Numbered from the stretch's first letter, positions 13,100-27,470 are shown. The stretch is DNA of 64,000 nt from Selaginella moellendorffii (GCF_000143415.4 NW_003314291.1:1834121-1898120), one strand, 5' to 3'. A program made the numbers and translations. Notes: generated from the letters alone by a model not told the origin.

Positions 13100-14860
13100 A
13101 CCAAAATCTGTTTGATGAGTTTGTCAACACGAGGAACCACTACATATCCCTTCTTCACCAGCATTCCATCTTGTATCCCAAATGATGCAAACTTATCACC
13201 CTTCAAATTTATAAAGGTGTCCCTCAACAAAACCTTTGTGCAAATATTAGTGATAAATGAGTCAAACTCAATAAATTCTTTAAACTCATCCAAGAGATCA
13301 GCTAGCTTCATGAATGAGATAGAATTTACCATCCTAAATAATGCATCAACCACCTTACTATCACCTCCATGCTTATACTGGATCTTAATAGACATTTACT
13401 TTTACTAATGAGCAAAGCAGCCTCAAAGATCCTTTTGTCAACTAAAATACTGGAGAGATTGATGGTTTGAATTCAATGGAAGTTCGATTCATATAGACAA
13501 TGCTACCATTCCTTCACAGCAACAATCACAACATACAACTCCTTATCTCAAGTAGGCCAATTCCGTTGTGTAGCATCAAACTTATGGCTTATATATGCAA
13601 GAGGATGCTCAACTTGAAGCAAGATGGCTCCATTAGTAATGTCATTTGCATCTATCTCAACCACAAGAGGCTAAATATGGAAGATCCACCACAACAAATG
13701 CTTGAGTTATATCCACGATGGATTCCACCACATTCACCTTAGAATTTGTTAACCCCTTTAGAACAATCCTTGCCCTAATGTCCAACCTTGTGGCAATGAA
13801 AAAAATGACCCTCCACTTTGTCCTTCTCTCGCTAGGGCAAATAATATCTTTTGGCCTCATTCCATCTCCACTCTTTGAGCCAAAACAACAGCCGTTTCTT
13901 CCCGAAGATGAAGTATTGGTGGGTTGGTCATCATGTTGACTACCCCATAGACCATCCTGTTGACCAAGGTTGACCAATTTGACTGATGGTTTGGGCAAAA
14001 AGATCTAAGCCTTAGTGATGGCATCAATCAATGTTGCTAGAAAATCTTTTTTGACCTTTTGCTACACATCCATTTAACTCAATTTGATGAAACATTGCAC
14101 CTTTAGTAGCTCATTATAGATGCCCATAAGACTAAGGCAAAGATCATAGAACTTGTGGGCATACACATCCAAAGACAAAATCTCTTGTGGAATCTCTAAC
14201 AACTAGTTCATGAGGTTAACCTCTTCAAACTTCTTGACAAATGAAGTGTGGAAAACCTTTGTCAAATCACTCTAAGAAGTCGGCTTTGAATTAGCTTTGA
14301 TGTAGTTCTTTCACCACGAAAAAGCATGACCCATAAGCTTCATTACAAAAAAATCAATTTTCACTTTATCCTCACAAGGATTGTGAGACCAACAACTTTC
14401 CCATAATTCCAACCAAGAATCAACCTCTTGGTTATCACAAGCATCTAGTGATGACTTCCATTCCATGATACCATAATCTTTGGCATGTTTGATATACCAA
14501 TGGTAATTATAGATATGAGATTGATTCAACCTTTGAGGGTCCATACGAAGCAAAAAATCCTTAATGAGATTGATCAAATCCTTAACCTCCTTAATGTCAT
14601 TCTTAACCTCAGAAATCAGGTGTTCTTGCCACACAACAACATCAACAAGAGTCTCTTCCTAATCATCATGGCCATCATCACTAATGCCATACTCCTCATT
14701 AGGATCAATATCTTGCTCATTTGCCATCCCTAAAAGAACATGCTGCTTTGATACTAATGAAACAAACAATGGAGTGAACCCAAGACCAACCTCCCAACCC
14801 TTAATGCATTATGGCCTTAAATCCCCCAGGCTATAAAATATTCTTGGAATATTCACATAA
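13100..14860 (-). mobile_element. 5' part of the degenerate gypsy element interrupted by the LARD (RNase H end/integrase start, gag remnant, PBS, 5' LTR remnant)
   Basis: KIQYKHGGDSKVVDALFR...KQILVEL (13090-13395) joins the integrase at 4574 once the LARD is removed. A gag-like VDSWLELWE...MKLMGHAFSW lies at 14311-14634. A decayed PBS rc (ctttgatacta) at ~14746 is followed by a sequence similar to 2966. Confidence 0.7.
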
Positions 14861-15129
14861 GCTCCAAGCTTTCAACAAAAATCAGAGGGCTAGAGATGCA
14901 AAAGGAGATGCATGGCATAATGGTTAAGATGTGTGGGCATGTTAAGGCACTTGAGGCTAGAGGTGGTGTGCCCCATATAAGACTTCTTTGGTGGATCCAC
15001 TCAAGATTCCAACTTTTTCCAGTGCTAGCGGCATGAATGAGTGTCTAACTTGGCTAGCCAATGTGAAGAAATTCTTGGCTGTCAAAGGAACTCTAAATGC
15101 AAAGGCTTTACTTAAATCTGAAAGCAGCT

Positions 15130-16080
15130 TCACATGAGTTTTATCTTTTGTTTTAATACTGACAGAGTGATGTATTTCCTATAGTTAGAAGTCACATAGT
15201 TTACATATATCTTTGATCTTGCTCTAGGATTTTTCTGCATTTGTATTATCTTAATCCTTGAGAGTTGCTATGTATACATAAGGAAATATCTGGTTAGTCA
15301 AAATGGTATATTAGGTATTTAAAATAAAAGGATTTAATGGTTTCTAAATAATACACAGTTGACTGTCATATTTGTGAGAATGATACAACTCTACTGAGAA
15401 AGATTCAAAATAACATTTTTCAAAATTTTTATATTAGATATTTTGAAAAAAAATTAGTATACATCTAAAACCTTATCAACCAGAACATGTTTCAGCAATG
15501 GATCAGACATTTTATAAATTATAATATATAAAATAACTACTATGAAAATGAAATATAAAATATTTATAAATAAAAACTTAGAATAAGGAGAAGGAAAGTT
15601 CATAGAAATAAGATTTTAAAATGTTTAAAATAATGATTTGTATAAGCTTCTAAAAAAGTGATTTAGGCTAAAAAGTAGTAGAAATTAAATATCCAGATTT
15701 ATAAGAATAATGTTGACATAATAAACTATTATTCATTAGGATTATAATTTTAATATCGTGCCTGGAAGCTGTGATTTCTAAAGCTTTAGGAAAGTTTAAA
15801 AATTTTATCAATTTATTTTTAAATGTAAATACTAATAAGAAATTATATAAATGAGAATATATTTATAAATATACTTTATGGAGAAAATTACAGGTTTAAA
15901 TATAAACTTAGATCTGACACTTTGCTATGCTTGGAATCTATCCAAGATCTCTTTGCACTTGAGATTAATTGCTGAGGGCTCTAGAGGTGTCACTGCATAT
16001 AGGACGTAGCATATTGGAAGAGCTGTTAACACCTGGAAAACAATTATCTTGGAACCTATAAATTATATGAGGCACAAAAT
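15130..16080. repeat. AT-rich dispersed repeat, homologous to 24240-24900
   Basis: Shared colinear blocks such as tgatcttgctctag..tttttctgcatttgtatta, catatttgtgagaa.gatacaactct, ataactactatgaaa and atagaaataaga.tttaaaatgtt. Confidence 0.6.
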
Positions 16081-16140
16081 ATACGATGTTCAAATATCCT
16101 ATGAGCTTAGTCCCCTCCTAACTGCCAACTTCATGCCAGT

Positions 16141-16710
16141 TTGGCAGCAATAGTCTCCAAAGTACTTGGACAACATTTTTGCTGCATCAACACAGAGTTC
16201 CAAAGCTACTATTGGTTTCCGGACCTTGCCATAGACACCACATTGTTACGTGGAATCCCGTCAAAGACTCTGACGAGCATCTACCACACTCTGCACTTGA
16301 GATACATCTCCACCAAGCTGCTCAACACAAATATAACTTGGTCACATCCATGGCTGGCTGCCTGAGGGTGGATCACTCTTCCTTTCTCCAACGATCTTTT
16401 CTTCATGCCACCTTGCAACCTTTTCTCTTGCGGCCTTCTTCTTTCACTGCTAAGCCAGTGCACACCTTGATCGCAGCTACAAAAGTTTGATCTCCTGGAT
16501 CACAGCCTTCCAGCTGCATCCAAGTAAAGCGCTCCAATCCAATTGCTAACTCCCCGTTTTGCATGTAGCCAAAAACCACGACAGTCCACGAGACCACATT
16601 GTTGCATTGAATCTTGCCAAAGACCCAAAGAGCATTCACCAAGCTCCCACACTTGAGATACATATCCACCAAGCTACTTGCTCTCGACAGCCCACTGGGC
16701 CACGGCAGCA
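16141..16710 (-). pseudogene. PLS-class pentatricopeptide repeat (PPR) gene fragment
   Basis: SSLVDMYLKCGSLVNALWVFGKIQCNNVVSWTVVVFGYMQNG...MQLEGCDP..TFVAAIKVC and a second repeat IFVLSSLVEMYLKC; frameshifts and stops. Confidence 0.85.
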
Positions 16711-17128
16711 TGCCCAGTCTCGGACCTCGGACTCGTCATCCGACTCCGAGATGGGCTAAATAGCCATGAAGATATCTTCTTCCAATCCATTCTTCGCACC
16801 CAGGCAATGGATTTCTACCCCGTTCTCTAAGCAGCTCTTTCTCAAGCTCTCGCAATCCTATCCCTTGGCAGCCAGATTCCAGCGGGCCGTAAGCACCACG
16901 AGGGTAGTCGATCAATCCAGAGAACTGGAGCAGTGCTGGAGCTCCGACTGGCCATGGCGTCGAAGACCTGGCATTGGATTAAATTACATTGTCATGGATG
17001 ATCCTTCCTCGCTGGAGATGCACACACTTCCGCATTCCTTGAGCACCAGAAGCCTGATAAGAACTAAAGCGAGGGACAATGTAATCAAATTCTAGGGTTT
17101 TTCTTCTTGATCCAGCAAGCGCCCAGAG

Positions 17129-18591
17129 ATGTGGATGACATCTTGTCTAGCATCCGGCTGCACGGCTTCGCTTGCCAGGCTTGTAAGGGATTAGCGAGCA
17201 GCATCTCTGATCGGCAAGAATCATGTATAGCAGCCTCTTCGCGCTCTCCTTGCTGCTCGCATGGATGCTGCGTGACCTCACGTGGCCAATCCTGGAGAAA
17301 ATCCTGTGTAAGTTCTTGCACTTTACGACAACAACTTTTTGTTTTGCTTGTGGCAGGGATCAATGATTGGCTTGGCACACAAGCTGTTCTACGCGTGAGC
17401 TTTGGGAGTTTCTTCTTCTTCATTGAATTAGCACTGCTTATGTTTGGAGTTAAGTACCAAAGCAATCACAGGGACTCATGGCATCAATGATCAACCTTAT
17501 CATCTGGTCTGGTCTCACTGTGCTTGGCCTCATCCTTCTTCCCAACGACATTGTGGATGCTGACAGTAAATCTAGTGCTTCTTTCTTGGAATTACAACCA
17601 TAGTTTCTTTGTTCTTCTGGCAGGAAGACTCTCGACATACAACTGGAACACTGCATGGATTGCCAAAGAGAGTAAGTTCTAGTAATGTTCTTCCTCGTTT
17701 CTTTTCCTCTTATACATATAACAAGATTCACAGTTCACAGGTATAATCCCTTGCTTGCTGTGTCCTTAGTGTGCTACATCATGCAGGACATCTATACAAG
17801 TGGTTCAATCCTGCTTATCAAGATTGCGAGCTCAATCTCTTCTTTATCACGAGCTCGCTATCTCTCGGCATCGCATTCACTGCTATCTCTGTGCATCCTC
17901 AGGTAACTTTTAAGCTGGAGCTTTTCTTTTGAGTGTGAAGGATGGTTTTTTTGTTCTTTTTTGTTCCAGGTGAATGGGCGGTGATAGTGCCTGCTTCGGT
18001 GATAGCGCTCTACTGCATGTATATATGCTACAGCGCATTGTCAAGACTACGATTGCATCGGAGTGCCCAAGCATGCCGAGGTGGTTTTTATAAACACACT
18101 CGTCATGGGAATGGCCACCCTGCTTATCTCCGTGATATACTCCACGGCTTGAGCAGGCTCTCAACCACTTTCCTGTCACCGCCAGCTCCTCCTCACAATG
18201 CAAAGGAGCTTCTAGAAGAAGAATTGAGTAGAAAAACTCACAAAGTTTCTCTAACACCTTTACTCTCGAGGAGAAATTTCAAAAACAACCACAAACTAAG
18301 TGGCACTGGATCTGAGCACGACTTCCACGAAGCAAAGAAACAGTCCCAACACCGTCACGTATGTTTACTTGTTCTGTTATCTTGTCTTTGCCCTTGCGAG
18401 CATGTACTCGGCTATGTTGCTCACCAGATGGGGAAACCCTGAAGACGGATGCTATCGATGTTGGCTGGCATTCGGAATGGGTCCGGATTGGCACAATGTG
18501 GTTCACAGCGGCACTATACATTTGGTCGCTCATAGGTCCACTCATTCTTCCAGATCGAGACTGCATGCAAAGTAAGCAGATATCATTGTAA
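17129..18591 (+). pseudogene. SERINC / TDE (serine incorporator) family pseudogene with introns
   Basis: MWMTSCLAS start at 17129; SARIMYSSLFALSLLLAWMLRD; QAVLRVSFGSFFFF...RDSWH; LVFALASMYSAMLLT; IDVGWHSEWVRIGTMWFTAALYIWSLIGPLILPDRD. These motifs are spread over different frames by frameshifts. Confidence 0.85.
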
Positions 18592-21500
18592 AGTAGTGTT
18601 GTAAATTTGAAGAAATTAAAAGTCTTTGGTTGGAATCAAATTAAGAGTTTCCACCATCTAGTGTTGAAGATCGATTGCCTGTATGGAAGAATGAGGAACA
18701 AAAAATGATTGAGTTTTTCTTAGTTTTTACCTTGTTCCTGCATAGAAGGTGAGTTGGATCTCATACAACTTTTTAGATGCCATGTCTCTGGAAGGTCATG
18801 TGCACAATCATCTTCAACCTGTGAAATCACACAGTCAGAACAAATGCACCATGAAAGGTGATAAGAGCTTATGTTTATGTGACTAACGGATCATGCGGTT
18901 GAAAGGCTACTTGCTGGTGCTGCAGTGGCGGTGGCAGATGCTGAGGTTGAGGAGATGTCACAACCACAAGTGCTGCTGGTTCTTCACAGAACCTGTTGAT
19001 CAAAGATCATTCTCAACGCACGTCTTTTCAGCTTTCAGTTAACTCACAGAGCTAGTGATTGTCTAAAGCAGCATTTTATCAATCCCAGGATAGTCTCCAA
19101 CACTCAGGAACTTCTTATGTATCGTGTGGTCAATTTCCTGATGCTTTGCAACATGGTGCCCTTGCTTGGATCTATAGCTGCTACTATGTCACCATGGATC
19201 TGGGATCGAGCATTGTTGATCTTGATCATTTTGATTATGCAAACAAAGGAGCCAATAAATAGGATATGGATGTAGGCCAATCTACTGGTCTACATCAGAT
19301 TTCTGTTGGCAGCTGCAAGCCAAGGACATGCACCTTTCCATTATAGCAATGGCACTTCCAGACTGAAATATGGTTTGATAATGTCTCTCGCTTGTTACTC
19401 TCGGGAAAGCACCTTCCTTGGTAGAGACTCTCTTTTGTTCCACCAGAGGCATCCAGTAAAATAATTCTCATGTCCATTACACAGGCTTTCTTTCCTTCGC
19501 TGCTGCCTGCAAAAATTCTGGAAAGAAATATAACTTATGCCATAGCCATAGATCGTGAATGAAGCAAAAATGCTACTTTCTTCCTCAAGAATAAAAGAAC
19601 TTTCACAATCTGCCACCACAGTCTACCCTAAGAGATAACAACCCAAAAGGTGATTTCAATTGTCACTACCTCTTTGCCACATGTAAAAAATTGTAACCCT
19701 CCTTTTGGAGAGTCACAAATCTAGTCCTGCTGATTAGGAGCATCCACCATAAGTAAAATTGGATATTCTTAAAATGAAATAAAAAACACTAGATGCCATA
19801 TGCTAATAGCACTTTTAAACAAGGGAGTACTAACACAGTGCCCAGCTCCACTAGAAGAAATAACATCTTTTTAACAATTTCTAGAATATGAAAATACATG
19901 TACCCCTCTAGGAAAAGTAGCATTTAAAATTGTAGTTATTCCTTTATGGTTACATTACAGCAAACAGAATGGTAAACTTATTTAATACATTAATTAAATA
20001 TATTGATTAGAGGAGATGCGAAATACAAAAATATAAAAGTTATAAACTTTTCTATTTTGAAGTACTCTTAATTATTCACAGTTTATTAAAAACATATCTA
20101 TTTTGACTGATTATGTTTCTTATATCTTTGTTATAATCTCGAATATCTTAAGTTCTTTAAAATTATTTTGAATTAAAATGAACTGTAGAAATGTCAATAA
20201 ACAACTCCACATTAGATTCTCAGAAAGAAGAGACCTCTTTGATCATACTTAATTATATATTATAATTGGAAAGAATAATCTTCTTTATGTACTTAGTATT
20301 ATTACTATTGAGGAACATGCAAGCTCACATTTTTCTAGCTAAGGACCCAAGGTTCCTACACACAGCCACTTAATATGAAATATTCTATAGAAATTGACCA
20401 AAAAAGAAATAAATTAAGAATTAATTATAAATAAATTCTACTGTCAAACTGTAAATCCACTATAAAAATCATATAAAGCTTAAAACAAGACAAATTCCTC
20501 TTCACAAAGCTAGTATAAACAGTGAATTCAATTGTGATGCTAGGGAGTATATAGAGTTAAAACTCACTCAAATTCTTTTAGAAATTAAAAGGAAAAAGCA
20601 TGATAAATATTTAACTTTCAAATCTGTACAACCACAAAAAACACTCATGTAGTTGTGAAAATTAATAAGCTTTTCTTTAGTTATCTATGCTAGTTCATCT
20701 CGCTAGTAGTCAATTTAACCTAATATAGTTAATATTAGTTACATCCTCTTTCTTTAATTTTGTCTTAGAGCAGAGCATTTAATCAAAAATTTGCAAGAGA
20801 ACTCTTATAGTCTATGGTGTTATCATTGAGCAAGAGGCCATATTCATATTGAACTCTAGCACCATTAAAATGGTACTGTTACACCTTTGATCCTTACCTT
20901 GCTCAAGATGTATATAAAACTTTACTATAGAGTTTAACTCTTTGTACCCAGCCACAAAATCTAAAATCTGTTAACACCCTAAAAGTGTTAAATGGTTTAA
21001 GGAAATGGCATTTACAGCACAAATATAGTATTTGATTGATTTAATGTTTTTTCAATAACTTTATAAATATATATAATTCAACTTAAATTTATACTTAAAT
21101 AGCTGATTAAAGAGAAAAATTAGATTTTACTCAAAACCCTTTACTTTATTATTACCTCTGGAATAATATCCTTCTAATAAACATAATATTTCATGTGCTC
21201 CCATAAGAGTGATTAGCTTTCATGCATTTCCTATTCTCATTGGTTGCAACACAACTAAGCTTGGCTCAAAAGCTTTAAACCCATGTTTGGTCGCTGAGAT
21301 GTTGTTAAACCTCTATTGATTCAAAACAATCTCTAATATTGTAGAAACAATTTGAAGAACACATAGTTATATTACAAGTTATATTTAAATAGTTGATTAA
21401 AGAGAAAAATTAGAAGGTCCTTTTACTCAAAACCATTTACTTTACTATTACCTCTGGAATGAGTGAGTGGCACAAAACAATCCTCTTGATTCATAATTTT

Positions 21501-21599
21501 AGAAAAAATTTGAAGAACACAGAGTGAGAAGGATGTAAGCCAGTCTACTGATCTGCCTCACATTTCTGTCTGCAGCTCTGACTTAAGGATAAGTATGCA

Positions 21600-23610
21600 C
21601 TTTCATTACTCAATCTAAATATCAGCATGGAAGCTCCATTGGAATTTCACTGTAGGATGCATCTTTGGTCACCAAATAAAAACTACTTTTCTCATACACT
21701 TTCTGGCCAACCAAACAAACAGAGCGAACCTCTCCTTCACGTTGTTTATGAATGCAAGAATGCAATTCACACAGTTTGTGAATATTGTGTTCTCGGTTTC
21801 AGTAGTGTTGAAAGTATCTCTGACAACCTTCTCCAATACAAGATGTACAATGCTTCTATCTCTATCTGTCGCGGCAGTAAGTAAAGACTTGTAATTGATA
21901 AAGGATTGACCCTAAACCTTGACTCTGAAAACTTTGTTACAATAAACGTAATTTTCCAGCCAGATTTCATGTTGCACACCATTTGAGAGACACAACGGAT
22001 GATAAATTCTCGTATTTCAACAGAGGCATTTCTCTGCATGATGATGACAAAAGCTGCAGAGAGTCCATGGTATACATAGCAACTGAGAAATTGCTTGAAC
22101 ACCCAACAGTAACAAAATAGTCAGACAATGTAATCCACATCCTGCTCCAGACCAGCTTGATCCGATTCATATTGAAGTGCCTATACAACAAACAAGTGAA
22201 TACATCACATCAAATCACTTACACAATTCCTTCACTACTTAAGGCCTGTCTTCGAATAAAAAAATTGTTAGCTTCGTTTGAATCAATTTGACCAAGCAAA
22301 CTGAGATTTGAAAAGAGATTACTCATTTTCTCTGCAGTGACTGCACCAGGTATTGGGCTCTGCCTACCACCAATACTGCCGTATGGTCCTCAACGTGCAG
22401 CTAGAGCAGCAAAATGCAATCTTCCTTTTCATTTTGGAGCAGTTGATAGCTTAGTCTTTTCTGGATCGTTTGAAAAGAAAGTAGCATCATGGAGAGCCAC
22501 CGATGAGATAGAGCTGATCAATCGTTAAACGCCTGTAAGTACATGCTCCCATGCGTGCTGCAAATGATTTCCTTATTCATTTGCAATATTTGGCCAGGGT
22601 AAGCACCATATGTCATCACACTAAATTTACCTTGATAGCATTCACGTTTTTCTGCTTGATATCTACAGGATAATGTAGCGATGTAAACTTTGTAAGTCAC
22701 AAAAGCATCCCACTGTATTTGTCTGCACATCACTGCAGTGCTATGTATCGCATGCCTGAACCATTCCAGGCATGGTGAAGTCAAAACCTCGTCATCACTC
22801 TTGTCTAGTGGGACACTAAGCCCCGCAAGCATGGGTCCTCATGAAACTTCTACCATTGGCTTAAAAATTTCCACGTCTGTCGCAGCATAGTATGTAGATC
22901 TGGTAGAAAATGAAGGCAATGACAATAAGGAAACAGTGTTCTCAGCTTTTTCTTTGAGTTGATCTTGCATATAACAAATCGCATCTTCACTGGACTCAAA
23001 CAGCTTCTCTTCTTTGGGCTTTCGGATAACTATGTTCATGATGCTGTCAATCCCAGCAGAAAATTATTGTCCTTCCCAGCTGGTTTTATGGCCGGAATAA
23101 CATTATCCGCTTTCATTTTAATTTCTTTGTTCACCATACGGTCGTATAGTCCTCCCATAAACTCTTCAGGAAGATCCTTTCCATCGTCAATGCCTCTGTT
23201 AGTTTTTTATAAATGCAGCTTTAGACATCTGTAATAGCCCATGAGTGAAATCTTGGAAGGAAGTGGAAGCATTTGCTCACCTTATCTTTCACCATCACGT
23301 TGTGCGCATCAGTGTTAAGAATAATTACAGAATATGGCAGAACATAGCTTTGGGATTACAGATGCAATATCACTCTGCAAATTTTTCCATTATCCTATCT
23401 GTCTTCTGAGCCTCCAGGGAGACTGAAGCCCATCAAGAATGTTCGTATCGACATGTCAAACTCCATATTATGACAGTTGAAGGAGTCAACATAGGCGTGC
23501 ATTGAATGAAAACTCCTCTTTTTCACCCAGGTAATCCCCAATCAGGCCTTTGTCTAGATCTATGGTACTCAGGAGGAACTTGATGCCCAGTCCTTCATGC
23601 ATCCTTGGTG
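21600..23610 (-). pseudogene. Sec7-domain ARF-GEF (BIG/GBF class) pseudogene fragment
   Basis: Sec7 motif ILNTDAHNVMVKDK (~23280-23330); YAATDVEIFKPMVEVS; LAGLSVPLDKSDDE; NMNRIKLVWSRMWITLSDYFVTVGCSSNFSVAMY; VEIREFIIRCVSQMV..MKSGWK; many stops and frameshifts. Confidence 0.85.
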
Positions 23611-24239
23611 TATAAGGTGGAAAAGGTACAAAAGAAATTCACATTCTAAAAAGGGAATATGTGTCCCCTAGATGCCAGATGCCAATAGGGGATTTAGTAA
23701 AGGGAGTGAGAAAAAGAGCACGCTTGGGGGTTTGAGACCTCAACACTCAGTCTCAGTAGCTTCCAATAAAAAGAACCTAAATAAATGAATCCCAGCCTTT
23801 CTGCCATCCCCAGAATAAGAAGGGAGACCTGCAATAGGAAAAACAGGCTGTAAAACACGCAAGCACCTCCAAAAGCTCATTCATGGGCTCAGAAATAATA
23901 ACAACTATTTTTTCCAGGAGTTTGACATATTCCACTTTACTGTGAATTACCTGGACACAGTGTCATGAGTTTAAGTTTGATAAACCTGCAATCCTTACTG
24001 TTATGCGCTGAGATTACACATGTTTGCCAGCAAATATTTGTGCATAATCTGCCATGGATGAAGCCCCCACTATGTAGACATGCTTCGCACCAGCTTCCAA
24101 CCAGCTTTCTCCACAAATGTAGTCCTAAGCAACAGTTCTTTCTGTTTGCTTTCCCAGGAGAAAGAAATCTCATTGTTCCATTGCCCTAAAAGCGTCACAA
24201 ACAAAAATTTGAAGCATTATGCCATGTGTTTTAATCTAG

Positions 24240-25330
24240 GCTTATGATCTTGCTCTAGATTTTTTCTGCATTTGTATTACCTAAATCAGTATCAAAACAT
24301 AAGGAAAATTTCTTCATAGTTCAAAATGGTAAATTACATATTTAAAAGAATATAAGTTAATGGTTTCTAAAAAGAGCAAAGATGTACGTCACATTTGTGA
24401 GAAAGATACAACTCTGATGAGAAATACAGAAATATTTTTTTAAAAAATATTTAAATTAGATATATTATAAAATATTTATATTAATACACCTATAATATAG
24501 AACATACTTTAACAATAGATCAAGAGTGTGCAAGACATTTGTAACTTATAATATAAAAGATAACTACTATGAAATTTAAATGATGAAAATACAAAATAAT
24601 TGACAAGAAAAAACATAGAATAAGAAGGAAATTTTATAGAAATAAGAATTTAAAATGTTAAAAAGAGTGGTTTAAATGAACTTCTCATGAAAAGAGATTT
24701 AGGTTTAAAAATAGTAGAACAACTCCCAATTAAATATCTACATTGTTAAGAATAAAGTTGCAAATAATAAACTATGCTTCATCACCATTGCAATAAGGTG
24801 ATATCATGGTAGAAGTTATGATTATAAAAGCTTATGGAAGTTATGACATCAAAAGCATTAATAAATTTTGAAACTTGCAAAAATTTTATTCATGATTGTC
24901 TCTAACAAATGGATTTTAAATCATATAAAGTTAAAAATAAAGAAAATTTAACTTCAATAAAATTAAGATAATAAACACAGAAATGATCTAAAGGAGAACA
25001 TAATTATCAACAAACAAATATTATAAGAAATATTAATATTTTTTATAAACATAGATCTAGCACTTAAATTATAATATTATTATATTTTGTTTAAGGTGCT
25101 ATATTTATTATATTACAATAACATTATCAATGCTGGGAGCAATGAAAATTAGTGATTAAAGTCCCAGTTATGCTGGGAGTATCTCATTTATTTCTGATGT
25201 TTTTGTAATTTCAAAGAGACGTAATCATTATTATATTTTTTAACATAAATCATAATGATAACATATATATGAATATAAAAATTTATTAATTAGAGTATTA
25301 TTTTTAAAAGTTTAAAACCATATAATAGAG
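24240..25330. repeat. AT-rich dispersed repeat, second diverged copy
   Basis: Colinear similarity with 15210-15800. Confidence 0.6.
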
Positions 25331-25340
25331 TACCTGAAGC

Positions 25341-27470
25341 AGGGCATATAAAGGCCCATAAGTAGCAATGGTGATCCTAGTGTGTGGGATCACAAGGTGA
25401 GCAAACCTGGATTGAGGAACCACTCCCTAGGCTATCGGGTAGGTTCATCCCTATGAATACTTGCCAAGGCATGGTAGAAAGTGCAAAGCTATCTTCCTAG
25501 TATGGAGGAGAATAACCGAAGGAAATGTATGAGGCCAAAAGGCAAGTAGTATAAGGATAGAACCGAACCATAAAAATTTACAGGCATGACTAAGGGTGGT
25601 TATGCAAGTTGGGAGTGGAGAATCAAGTGGGTGCTCAAACATGTTGTTACTAGTGACCGGGATACCATGGAGAGTCTAAAGCATGGGATTGTCCATGTTA
25701 GACTATATGGTAATTGACAAGCTTGCGAAAGGAGAGGCCTTAGCAAGCCAAGGAACAGAGTTCTTTGAACGTTCCCCTAGGTAAATAAGTACCTAGTTAA
25801 CCAAGTGTAAATGGTTCATAGAACATGCGAAATCAGAGTGGTGCAATAGAAGCGTAGTCTTGAAGCTTGCCATGAGGCGAGGCTATCAAGATTGGGGAAG
25901 TAGTTCCCGATTGTTCAAAGAGAGGGCTTTGAACGAAAGTCGATAATTAAGGACTTTCACGCTTATGCATGAACCATATTACGGTGGCCGAATGACTTGC
26001 TAAGTGAGATTGGCAAGTCGGGGGGGAATAAATCCCCTAGTTGAAGGTGCTAACTTCAAAAGGGGTGGCCCATAGGGCCGAGCATGGAGGAGTCCATGCA
26101 TGATCACAGACTTGTCAAGCGAAAGGACTTGGCAGTGCGGAGGAACTAGGTTCCTAAGCTATGATCTATAGCGCGCTTTAAGTATATGTTGGTGCACCGG
26201 CGTGGGGGGTCACGCCAGGCATCCTGTGCGATGCCATCCGTAGATGCATATACGGAGGTTGGATTCGAGTCCCAACCCTCTAGTGCTTGGGTTCGAGTCC
26301 CAAATCACTAGGGCGTGGTGATGGTTTGGAATATGAGGACACTCATTTTTCAGTGGTCATGGACTCTTAGTAAGGAGACTGGTTTGGGCACACTGCCAAG
26401 CGAGGGATGCCTCGGAGTCGTGATGCACGGTTAAATTGCTTAGAGTGAAAGCTTGGCATATCTAACTTGAACACCTTGGTGCAAAAGGCACCAAGGACGT
26501 AGTGAATGAAATGGGGACACCCAATCTCAGTTGCTATAGATCCTTGGCCGGAAGGGTTGGCTTGGGCGCACCAAGTGTGGGGGATGCCCCTGGGGTCATA
26601 GTCAACAATTTAAAAGGGTCTGGAAGACTTAGTTCCTATTGGTAGACCTGTTAAGGGGTCAAGATGAGATCACCAGGTGATCTTATGGCTAAACAAAGAC
26701 AAGGTCTTTGTTTGGGTTAAGGAATATGATTCCCAGTTCAAAGTGTTGATTTGAACTATTGATAATGGTGTGACTTAGTCAAGGTGACCAAGTAAGAAGG
26801 AAACCTAAAGGGAAATCAATTGTGCCAATACAATGGTATAGTAAGTCCAAGAAAGTAGTCTCGGGGAGAGACCCAGGGAAGGGTCGCAAAGTTGGGCCGT
26901 GGACGAAGCTCGAAGCAGAAATTGCTAAAGAGACCTACTAAGGGTGAGCACCCGCTGGACTTAGTAAAGTAGAGCCTTTGCCATGGAACTAAAAAGATAC
27001 CTCGAGAATGGAGGTAGTGATCCTATGTTGCTCAGTGCAACAATCAATGGATAAAAGCAAAAGACTAGTGGTCAAGTGTGGGCTATGGAGTTTATTGGAA
27101 GGAATCCAAATGGCAAAGTTAGGCATGGAACACTAGTGTGTGGGATGCTAATGGATTGTGAGAAAAGAAGTGTGCTTCCAAGGATGGATTCCCAAATACT
27201 CCAAGTTGGCAAAGGTGAAAGCTCCAAGGGAGGGAGCGGCAAAGTAGCCAAAAGATAGGGCCGTGGATAGCTCTAGCACAACTTACGATGGTTGGAACTT
27301 GGTGCCAAAAGTGGCAGAAAATAAAAAGGAGGACAATGGCGCCCTCAAGTGGGGAGCTTCCTAGGATGGGAAGTGAAGTTGCACAATATGTATAGTGAAA
27401 GGTGTCAAAGACACCAAAGAAATTGACTTTGAGAAGTCAAAATTAAAAAGTTCCAAGATGAATTGGTTAT
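25341..27470 (+). mobile_element. Truncated internal-region copy of the LARD family
   Basis: Colinear high similarity to 8630-10620, from ggcatataaaggcccataagta to aattggttat. Confidence 0.9.

Noticed and set aside
23630-24200. LINE reverse transcriptase remnant
   Set aside because: Only a weak FIYLG-like motif on the minus strand, which is insufficient without a profile search.
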